A DNA stretch of 64,000 nt from Thecamonas trahens ATCC 50062. Lineage: Eukaryota > Protista > Apusomonadida. Position numbers and translations under genes: made by a program. The notes under the pieces are model-generated. The model was not told where the DNA came from. It did not search any database and saw only the letters and a list, made by a program, of their open reading frames with translations. The stretch spans positions 600,085 through 664,084 of the forward strand of contig NW_013657676.1 in the NCBI RefSeq assembly GCF_000142905.1, written 5' to 3'. The first letter of the stretch is position 1. Every line of letters begins with the position of its first letter. Below are positions 56,501 through 64,000 of the stretch, piece after piece.

Positions 56501-57323
56501 AGGGCGACCGTACGGCAGCAGATGAGGCTTCTGCCGGAGTGACGAGCGGAATGGCGGTGATGGGCAGGATGACACGACCCAGGAAGTTCTTGGACATGCC
56601 CATGCGCTCCGAGTCATACACAGTTAGCTCGACGGCACCGTCGGGGTCGGTGATGGGCAGGACGTAGCGAGCGTCGTCCCAGACGGGCGAAAAAGCCTTT
56701 TTCTTGACCGAGGTCTCAAAGACGAGGTCGTCGTCGGCTGGAGTGTGGATGTAGAAGTCGTCAGCAGCGTCGTCATAGGCGCAGTCGGACGATGAGGCCG
56801 GGGTGTCGGTGTCGCGGCGCGGCGAGAGCGGCGAGGCGCCGCGCGGGGTGGTGGCGAGCGACGAAGCAGCCGACGAGGACGAGGCAGCGGCGGCTGCCGA
56901 GGATGTGGCGCCTGTAGCGGGCGAGCCTGAGGCAGTGATGTGGCGGACAATGACAAACGGGTTGATGTCGGACTTGCGGTTGGCGGCGAGGTCCCGGCAG
57001 GCGAGAACCTCGAGCTCGAGCATGCCGCAGTTGACAAAGACGTAGAAGAGCTTGTCGTCGCGAAAGCCGTGCTTCGACTCGACATGGCGAATGAGGCCAA
57101 GACGGAGCATGTCCTCGGCCATGCGGACAGCAGCCGCACGGCGCTGCTTGGCCGACGTGGCGCCGTCGAGCACTTGGGTAGCCACCAGCCAGTCGACAGC
57201 CTCGGAGCCGACAAAGCAAGCACGGTACGTCCTCAGGTGCCACTTGCGGGTGCGGATAGGGATGCCCTCTTCCATGGAGCGGGCCGCAGCGACCAGCCGC
57301 GAGATGGCTAGCGCATGTGACAT
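53522..57323 (-). CDS. DEP-C2-RapGAP-CNH multidomain protein; frame breaks near 54352 and 54121
   Basis: DEP 'RKWHLRTYRACFVGSEAVDWL..FRDDKLFYVF'; C2 'LEVLACRDL..NPFV..PVW..VYD..FLG'; RapGAP 'KVGVL..MFGN..MFHVSTML..RKRFIGNDIV'; CNH-like 'ILLCFDHYGV..W..P..FVEIRS'. Confidence 0.85.
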
Positions 57324-57497
57324 GGCGGTGGTGAGATGTGGGGAGGGCGGGGAGGGACGGTGGGTGGGTGGGCGGGTGGGTGGGTGGGTGGAGTGTGGAA
57401 CCGAGCGGTGGTTGGCAACGAGGGGGTTTGCGCGAGGTGGGGAGGAGGGGGAGGGGGGGGGGGGGGGCGACGTGCAGAGAGTGTAATTTTTTGTGAG

Positions 57498-60400
57498 CTA
57501 CGATGGGAGCGGGTGATGGCGCTTGGACGACTGCTCGGTGGAGGAGGAAAAGTCCTCGAGATCGGTAAAGTGCTGCGACTGAAAGGCGGCGCGGTAGTCG
57601 TCGAGAGTGGCAGGTTCCATGGCCTTTGCGATTTTCTCGGCGGCGGGCTGGATGAGCGGAAAGTAGCGGGCAGCCCAGATGGAGGCGAGGACCGGGCCGA
57701 CGCCCTCGACGGCAGCAAAGGCGTCGTCGGTCGTCGGGAGGAGGTTGGCAAAGAGGTCGATTTCCTTGGAGTGGAACTGGCGCGGGAAGTTCTTGGCAAA
57801 GTTGTCGGTGAGGGTGGTGAGGTTCGCGATGAGCTCTGCGCGAAGGTCGAGGACCTCGCTGGGTAGGGCGGCCGAGTTTGAGTGTCGGCGACGCATGATG
57901 GGGCGATTGGTAGCGACGGCAGCGACCTTGTAGGCGGAAGCCATGGGTACGGAAGAAGCGGCACGGGCGGCGGCGACAGCAGCATGATCGGTGGGGAGGG
58001 CTTGCGGTGTCGGGCGGGTGCGCGAGTTGGGGGTAGGCCGGTTACGCGACGACGATGAGGCCGAGCGCTGGCGCTTGCGCGACGAGGCCGACGAGGCCTT
58101 GTCAGCGACGGCGATGATCATGGGGCCGGTGTGGCCATCGAGAAAAGCGTTGGCCTTGGAGCCGGGCTGGATGTAGGTGGAGACGCCACGATGAGGCCCC
58201 GGGCGCGACTTGGAAAACTCTGAGAGGACACCGTCGAGGATGAGGTGCTGGACGATGCGGTTGATGTTGTCGCGATCAAGGCCGCGGCCAGCGCCAGCTT
58301 GAGCGAGTCGGGTGAGGCCTGCGGTGACCAAAGGTTTCGAAGAAGAGCCGTAGTAGCAGGCAGCGACCTGAGTGGCGGTGACGGGTCGATGAAGCTCTTT
58401 GCACGCGGTTTTGACGAGGGTGACAAGGTTGCGGGCGTGCTTTGTGACGTCGACCTTGGCAAAGATGGCAGACGAGGCGCAGTTGTCACAGGTTGAAGCG
58501 CACTTTGCAGGGTCAAAGGTACGGCCAAAGTGGGCGAGCTGGAGGAAGCGGCGGCAGTCGACCTTGTTCAAGCAGTAGCGGACGACGTGGGCAATCTTGG
58601 ACTTTTCCTCGCGCTTCTGGACCCACGAGGTCTCGGTGTTGCGATCGATGAGGGACTCGATGCGGGTCTTGTCCTTGTAGGAAAAGTAGACGAGACAGTG
58701 GGCGTCGAGGCCGTCGCGGCCGGCGCGGCCGGCCTCCTGGAAGAGACCCTCCATGGACTTGGGCATGGTGTAGTGGACAACAAAGCGGACGTCGGGCTTG
58801 TTGATGCCCATGCCAAAGGCGATGGTGGCGACGATGACCTTGACGCGTCCGTCCATCCACTTGTTCTGGACGTTCTGGCGGGCGCTAGGGTCGAGGCCGG
58901 CGTGGTAGTGCAGGGCCGGGATGCGGGCGGCGTAGAGCTGGCGCGCGACGTCTTCGCACTCGCGACGAGAAAAGCCGTAGACAATGCCGGCCTTGTTGTG
59001 GAACTTGGTGCGGATGAAGGCTACGATGTCCTTGACGGTGGCTTTGCTGGTCTTGGGACGGACCTCGTAGAAGAGGTTGGGCCGGTTCATGGACTGGGTA
59101 AAGTGCTGGTAGTTTGCGGAGAGGCCGAGGTTCTTGATGATGTCGATGGCGACGGGCGGAGTGGCGGTGGCAGTCAGGGCCATGACCGTGACGTTGGGGA
59201 ACGAGTTTTTGAAGATGTTGAGCGAGAGGTAGTCGCTGCGAAAGTCGTGGCCCCACTGCGAGACACAGTGGCACTCATCGACGACGACGAGAGAAAAGTT
59301 GCCGCGGTCGTTGCAGCGGGCGAGCGCGCCCTTGAGCGCGTCGGACGCGGTGACCATTTCCGGGGTGGTGAACACAATCTTGGTCTGCGGCGAGCCCGAG
59401 GCGATGTCACTGAGGGTGGCGCGGCGTTGATCGTCGGAAGCGCAGCCGGCGAGAACGCCGACGCGGACGTTGCGGCCGTCGAGAGCGGAAGCCTGATCAG
59501 CAATGAGGGCAATGAGCGGTGAGATGACGACGGTTAGGCCGGGAAGGGCAAGGGCCGCGACTTGGTAGCAGAGCGACTTGCCGCCGCCGGTGGGCATGAG
59601 GACGAGGGTGTCATGACCGGCCATGGTGGCGTTGATGACCTCGCGCTGGGTGTCACGGAACTTGCGGTGGCCAAAGACGTTGTAGTTGATCTCGTCGATG
59701 CGTTTGGTCCATTCAAAGGCATTGCCGGCCCAGCGCTTGCGTGACTCGGCGGCGAGCCTGTCGAGATCCTCGTGGGAGGGGATGGCGGCAGGCTGGGGTG
59801 GGGCGTGGTGGGTAAGGCTCTGGCCGCCGGGCATGGCTTGCATGGGCACCGCCGGGACTTGCGCGTGCATGGCGGGTATAGCCGGCATCGAGCGCGCAGG
59901 AACCGGAGGAGGAGCGGGCGAAGGAGCATGGGCTAAGGCGGCGACGTCCATGGAAGTCGACGCGAGCTTGGCGGCAACGCGGTCACGAACAGCGGCGAGG
60001 TCACTGCAGAGCTGACGAATCTCAGTCCGCAGAAACTTGGCCTCGGGATCATCGCTATGGAGGGTGTCGCCGAGCCTGGCGCGGAGGAACATGGCTTCGG
60101 TGTCGATCTGCGTGAGATTGGTCTCGAGTTCGGCGCGCGAGGCGCTCGCGCGGGGCAGGGTGATGAGCTGTGACATTGGCAAGCGTGTAGTGGCAGCGGC
60201 CGGAGGCGGCGACGGCGGCGGGACGGCAGCGTGGTGCGGAGGTGCGGCGGGACGCGGGATGTGGCGGGGTGGCGAGTCGAGCAGCATCGGGTGCGGGCGG
60301 GAGGGCGGAGGCGGGTGGATGGTGGACTGGCCCTGCGGGGCGATGAGAGCGTCAAAGTCGAGCGTGGCGAGGTGCTGATCCAGCATGTCCTGCGACGAGC

Positions 60401-60860
60401 GGATGTCTTCGAGGTGCTGGGCCTTTTCGCGCTGGGCAGCAGTGAGGTCGGCGTCGATGTCGTCGATGAGGATAGGCTCGTCGAGCGCAAAGCCGATGTC
60501 ATTGAGCTCTTGGGCGTAGCGAGCGGTGAGCTCCTCGCGCGAAGTGTGACTCTGCGGGCGCGGCGGTTGCGGGGGCGGGGTGGGCAGTGGCTGTGGCTGG
60601 TATGACTGGACCGGCAGCGGAGGCGGCGGCGGACGACGCTGGAGTGGAGCACGGCCAGAGAACTTGCGTGGTGGTGGGAGGGCGTTTGCGTCTCGGAAGG
60701 AGATGGGCGAGTCGTGGGCGCGTGCGGCGAGGGCGCTCTCAGCGTGAGTGGGACGAGCATGCGACAGGCGGGCGTAGAGACCAGTCACCTTGTCAGCCGC
60801 GAGCATGGCCACCTTGAGCTCTTTGAGTGTGGCGGGGAGGTTGTTTTGTGGGCGTGGCAT
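57498..60860 (-). CDS. RecQ-family DNA helicase (BLM/Sgs1-like, with RQC and a putative HRDC domain)
   Basis: 'FGHRKFRDTQ', MPTGGGKSLCYQ, DECHCVSQWGHDFR, ALTATA, VATIAFGMGINKPDVRFV, QEAGRAGRDG, and zinc motif 'CRR...CDNC'. Confidence 0.95.
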   Translation of the reverse strand: MPRPQNNLPATLKELKVAMLAADKVTGLYARLSHARPTHAESALAARAHDSPISFRDANALPPPRKFSGRAPLQRRPPPPPLPVQSYQPQPLPTPPPQPPRPQSHTSREELTARYAQELNDIGFALDEPILIDDIDADLTAAQREKAQHLEDIRSSQDMLDQHLATLDFDALIAPQGQSTIHPPPPSRPHPMLLDSPPRHIPRPAAPPHHAAVPPPSPPPAAATTRLPMSQLITLPRASASRAELETNLTQIDTEAMFLRARLGDTLHSDDPEAKFLRTEIRQLCSDLAAVRDRVAAKLASTSMDVAALAHAPSPAPPPVPARSMPAIPAMHAQVPAVPMQAMPGGQSLTHHAPPQPAAIPSHEDLDRLAAESRKRWAGNAFEWTKRIDEINYNVFGHRKFRDTQREVINATMAGHDTLVLMPTGGGKSLCYQVAALALPGLTVVISPLIALIADQASALDGRNVRVGVLAGCASDDQRRATLSDIASGSPQTKIVFTTPEMVTASDALKGALARCNDRGNFSLVVVDECHCVSQWGHDFRSDYLSLNIFKNSFPNVTVMALTATATPPVAIDIIKNLGLSANYQHFTQSMNRPNLFYEVRPKTSKATVKDIVAFIRTKFHNKAGIVYGFSRRECEDVARQLYAARIPALHYHAGLDPSARQNVQNKWMDGRVKVIVATIAFGMGINKPDVRFVVHYTMPKSMEGLFQEAGRAGRDGLDAHCLVYFSYKDKTRIESLIDRNTETSWVQKREEKSKIAHVVRYCLNKVDCRRFLQLAHFGRTFDPAKCASTCDNCASSAIFAKVDVTKHARNLVTLVKTACKELHRPVTATQVAACYYGSSSKPLVTAGLTRLAQAGAGRGLDRDNINRIVQHLILDGVLSEFSKSRPGPHRGVSTYIQPGSKANAFLDGHTGPMIIAVADKASSASSRKRQRSASSSSRNRPTPNSRTRPTPQALPTDHAAVAAARAASSVPMASAYKVAAVATNRPIMRRRHSNSAALPSEVLDLRAELIANLTTLTDNFAKNFPRQFHSKEIDLFANLLPTTDDAFAAVEGVGPVLASIWAARYFPLIQPAAEKIAKAMEPATLDDYRAAFQSQHFTDLEDFSSSTEQSSKRHHPLPS

Positions 60861-61114
60861 GGTGGGGTGAGCTGGGGTGGGCTGGGGTGGGGGTTGGGGG
60901 GGTGGGGTGGAAGAGAGCGGTGGTGACGGCGGGAGCAAAAAGGTCGTAGTTTTCATTGGCATGGGATGGGGGTACACAAAATGGCCGAGTGTGTCGTCGA
61001 CGGCGAGACTCGATGTGGCTTCGGCGTACTTGGGTAGGGGAGCTAGGGAGCTGAGGTTGCAACTTGACTCGGAGGGAGTGGCGCAGCGTGTGTTGTTAGA
61101 GACGGGGTGTGGTA

Positions 61115-61870
61115 ATGCTAGCTCGGTTGGGAGTTTGGCGAGCTGTCCGTATTGGCGTGAGGCGGAGGATGGTGGCGGCGGGTGCGGTCGGCGCGCGGGC
61201 GATGGCGGCGGCGGCGTGGATAGATGAGACGGCGGTAGTCGGCGCTGGGGTTCAGGTGCATCCGTCTGCGGTCATCGGGCCGGGAGTCGTGGTGGGAGAT
61301 GGTGCAGTGATCGGGCCTGGAGTGGTGATCGAAAACGCGACTCTCGGCGAGCGGGTGATGGTCGAAGCCGGGACAGTGATCGGAGCGCGCGGGTTTGGGT
61401 ATCTTCCGCGGGTGGAGGGGGTGGAGGGCGAGGGCGATGCGTGGACGGTGTACAAGCCACAAGAGCTGAGCGTAGTGGTCGGCGATGATGTGCATCTCGG
61501 CGCCAATGTGACGGTCGACCGCGGGTCGTGGCGCGAGACCGAGATCAGGAGCGGGAGCAAGCTTGACAACGGCGTGCACGTGGGGCACAACGTGGTGATC
61601 GGCGAGGGGACGCTCATTGCGGCGCAGAGTGGCATTGCTGGCTCGTGCACGATCGGGCGGGAAGTGCTGTTGGGCGGACAAGTCGGAATAGCACAGCATC
61701 TGGTGGTGGCCGATGGGGTGAGGGTGGCGGGCAAGTCAGGGGTGCTGAGCGACTTGTTGGAGGCTGGCGCGGCGTACGGCGGGTACCCGGCAGTGCGGAT
61801 CCGCGAGTTCCACCGGATGCATGCGATGGCTAAGCGGGGAGTGGAGCGGACAGGCGGAGGGAGCGAGTAA
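61115..61870 (+). CDS. lpxD: UDP-3-O-acylglucosamine N-acyltransferase (LpxD)-like protein with a presequence-like N-terminus
   Basis: Hexapeptide repeats; 'GFGY', 'KPQ..VVVGDDVHLGANVTVDRG', 'KLDNGVHVGHNV', 'AAQSGIAGS', 'GGQVGI..HL' and 'YGGYPA'. Arg-rich, acid-free leader. Confidence 0.9.
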   Translation: MLARLGVWRAVRIGVRRRMVAAGAVGARAMAAAAWIDETAVVGAGVQVHPSAVIGPGVVVGDGAVIGPGVVIENATLGERVMVEAGTVIGARGFGYLPRVEGVEGEGDAWTVYKPQELSVVVGDDVHLGANVTVDRGSWRETEIRSGSKLDNGVHVGHNVVIGEGTLIAAQSGIAGSCTIGREVLLGGQVGIAQHLVVADGVRVAGKSGVLSDLLEAGAAYGGYPAVRIREFHRMHAMAKRGVERTGGGSE

Positions 61871-61889
61871 CATGATTTCATGCGGTGGG

Positions 61890-63275
61890 CTACTGCGGAG
61901 TGGAGCTGGCCTTGCTGGCCTTGCGCTGAGCACGGGCGATGCGCTTGTCGAGCTGAGCATCTGTGGGTGTGAGGACTGGGCCGAGTTTCAGCGCACCGTC
62001 GCAGACAATGGCGTCCGGCTTGCCAAAGACCCCGGCGCGAGCAAGGCTCGGGTCGGCGAAGCGGGCGAGACGGGCGTGGACCCGCGGGAGCGAGTAGGAG
62101 AACAGGCGCGGGCCAGCAGTGATGGTGGCGGCGAGGTCGATGGCCGGCGGGCTCGACGCCACACTCAGCGGGTGGTCGTCGGGGAGGGCCGGAAGCACGC
62201 GGGTGACAAAGGCAGTAAGGACGTCAACCTTGGCCTTGATGTTCGACTCGAGCGAGTAGCCGAGGAGCGGCGGAAAGTCGAGGACAAGGTCGCGGAGCTG
62301 GTCGGGCGAGAGGCCGAGGGTATCGGTAAAGTATGCGGCCTTGGGCTTAAGGTTTGTCTCGACGGAGAGGCCAAGGGTGCGCGGATAGAGGGTGAGGAGG
62401 CGCTTGAGGTCGGGATGCGGGACGCCCCACTCGTCGGCAAAGTACTGCATGGTGGGAATGACATTACGCTCGACCGAGTAGCCGAGAGCTTGCGGAAAGT
62501 GAACAGCCATGCGGCGCATGTCCGCTTGGGACATGCCGAGACCGGCAACCGGGCCCGGCGGACCTTCCGACGGCAGGCCCGAGCAGAAGGAGACCCAGGG
62601 CCGGAGGTGGTCCTCGACAGAGCGGCCCATGATGTTCGGGTTCGACGAGAGCACGCGGGTCTGCTCAGCGACGGTGAGGCCCAAGTCCGAGGCGAGGAAG
62701 GCGAGTTTGGCAGCAACAGTGGCGGCAGGCATGGAAAAGAGCTGCGGGTAGGTCTTGACCATGCGCGCAACGACGTCCCGCGAGAGGCCGCGTGCCTCGA
62801 GCTCGGCGACACGCGGGCGAAGACGCTCCTCCAGCGAGTAGCCGAGAACAAGAGGAAAGCGAGTAACGGCGACACCAACGTCCGGTAGCGAGAGGCCCAG
62901 ATACGAGGCAAGCCACTCGACCTTGGGCTTGACCGTATGCTCGAGCTCGTAGCCGAGGAGCGGCGGCGCAGCAGCAACCAGAGCGCGGAGCTTGGCAGTA
63001 TGCAGGTTGAGCGAGTCCCGGAGATAGTCAATGCGATTGACCAAGGCAGTTGGCTCAGCCTTGGCCAGAGCAGGACGCGCAGTGACAGCCGCAGCAACCT
63101 CGTCGACAGACATGCCTAGGTGGGAGATGAGGACCTCGCCGACACGGGCGGCGGCAGCCTCGTCGTCGGCCTCGCGGGAAGCTGCCGAGAACAGCCGCGG
63201 GCTGAGAGTGAGACCGGAGCAAAGACCGGGAGCACGTGGCATCGACCGCAACCATAGGCGAGTGAGGCCGAGCAT
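61890..63275 (-). CDS. mTERF family protein
   Basis: Repeated 'P.LLGYSLE..(L/I).P.V..L...LG' units and a mitochondrial presequence-like start MLGLTRLWLRSM. Confidence 0.9.
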   Translation of the reverse strand: MLGLTRLWLRSMPRAPGLCSGLTLSPRLFSAASREADDEAAAARVGEVLISHLGMSVDEVAAAVTARPALAKAEPTALVNRIDYLRDSLNLHTAKLRALVAAAPPLLGYELEHTVKPKVEWLASYLGLSLPDVGVAVTRFPLVLGYSLEERLRPRVAELEARGLSRDVVARMVKTYPQLFSMPAATVAAKLAFLASDLGLTVAEQTRVLSSNPNIMGRSVEDHLRPWVSFCSGLPSEGPPGPVAGLGMSQADMRRMAVHFPQALGYSVERNVIPTMQYFADEWGVPHPDLKRLLTLYPRTLGLSVETNLKPKAAYFTDTLGLSPDQLRDLVLDFPPLLGYSLESNIKAKVDVLTAFVTRVLPALPDDHPLSVASSPPAIDLAATITAGPRLFSYSLPRVHARLARFADPSLARAGVFGKPDAIVCDGALKLGPVLTPTDAQLDKRIARAQRKASKASSTPQ

Positions 63276-64000
63276 GGAGTCCAGGGCGTGGGGTGCGGGG
63301 AGAGGCGTGGGGGTGGCTGGGGGTCGGGCGGCGGATGCGGTGAGATGGGCTCTGACTCTGCCGCAAGCAGCAAACAACTGGCGCAAACTGATGTCGATGG
63401 CGGGGAGTATTCGGCGCAACTTCGATTGAAGAGGCATTGTCTGCGGACGGATCGGCAGGTTAGCGAGCGCTCCTTGTCGTCCATCTCGCCGTGCCCGTTG
63501 TCGTCGTCAGTGCCCCATTGGCAACCCGGTCGGACTGGGCCCGGTCAGTCATAGGGGGAGAGCCTTGTCCTCGCCCAGCCAGACTTGGGCCCGGTCTTGA
63601 TCAGCAGCGACGCAGGCGGGCGGCCGTAGCTGATGGCGTGGGCCCAGGCAGTTGTGGGCTGCGGGGCAGGTGGAGCAAGGGAAGGCTTGGGCCAGGCCAT
63701 GGTCATGGCTGGTTCATCGTCAGTCGGTGTCGATGTCGGTGAGGGGCGGGGGGGGGGGGGGGGGGGGAGTGGGAGCGGATGGGGTCGGCGGGCGGCGGGC
63801 GGCGGCTGGCGGCGGGTGGTCGGCGAAGCAGGGGCAGCAGAGGGGGCGGGATTGGGGCTGGTTGGGTGGCTTCAGATTGGTCTTGGTTGGTAGATCAGCA
63901 GCATGACTGGTGATAGTTAAGGGATAGCGGTGTCGGGGTCGGGGATGATGATGGGGGTGACGTAGAGCGGGAAGACGAGGAGGAGTGAGGGAGGGAAGGA

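Noticed and set aside
36140-63275. Possible cluster of mitochondrial genes (ISCA, HCCS, bL33m, LpxD, mTERF)
   Set aside because: They are interspersed with unrelated genes, and the number is compatible with chance.
63440-64000. Short ORFs and G-rich tract at the window end
   Set aside because: No recognisable protein motif; likely upstream region of mTERF or of a gene beyond the window.

Overview
GC-rich, very gene-dense eukaryotic (protist) nuclear DNA with few, 5'-biased spliceosomal introns (mostly GTACGN donors) and one 100-N scaffold gap. Composition and gene content are consistent with an apusomonad such as Thecamonas, but that is inference. About 30 protein-coding genes are supportable: ORC1, a three-C1 diacylglycerol kinase, CENP-I, a Spinster MFS transporter, a Cys-rich surface protein, XRN1, GT34-like, SETD9-like, ABCD4, NUP37, YeeE/YedE, MIOS, HAUS7-like, ISCA, bHLH, HCCS, CARMIL-like, DHCR7, FARSB, DSC3-like, bL33m, CMSS1, DEP-C2-RapGAP-CNH, RecQ, LpxD and mTERF, plus hypothetical proteins. 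Most notable: (1) a two-TM membrane protein whose tail carries 13 NPxY/NPxF motifs, partly from a young 99-bp tandem array; (2) about 5 kb away, a PH-PH protein ending in a talin-F3-like PTB domain, which could read such motifs; (3) a likely mitochondrial LpxD (lipid A pathway); (4) a decayed DEP-domain fragment flanked by a 13-bp direct repeat inside XRN1 intron 1; (5) two decayed inverted copies of an unknown gene 3' end; (6) nine frame breaks in seven genes, eight fixed by adding one base to a C/G run, most likely consensus errors. No rRNA, tRNA, CRISPR or intact transposon was recognised. All family calls come from motif recall, not database searches.
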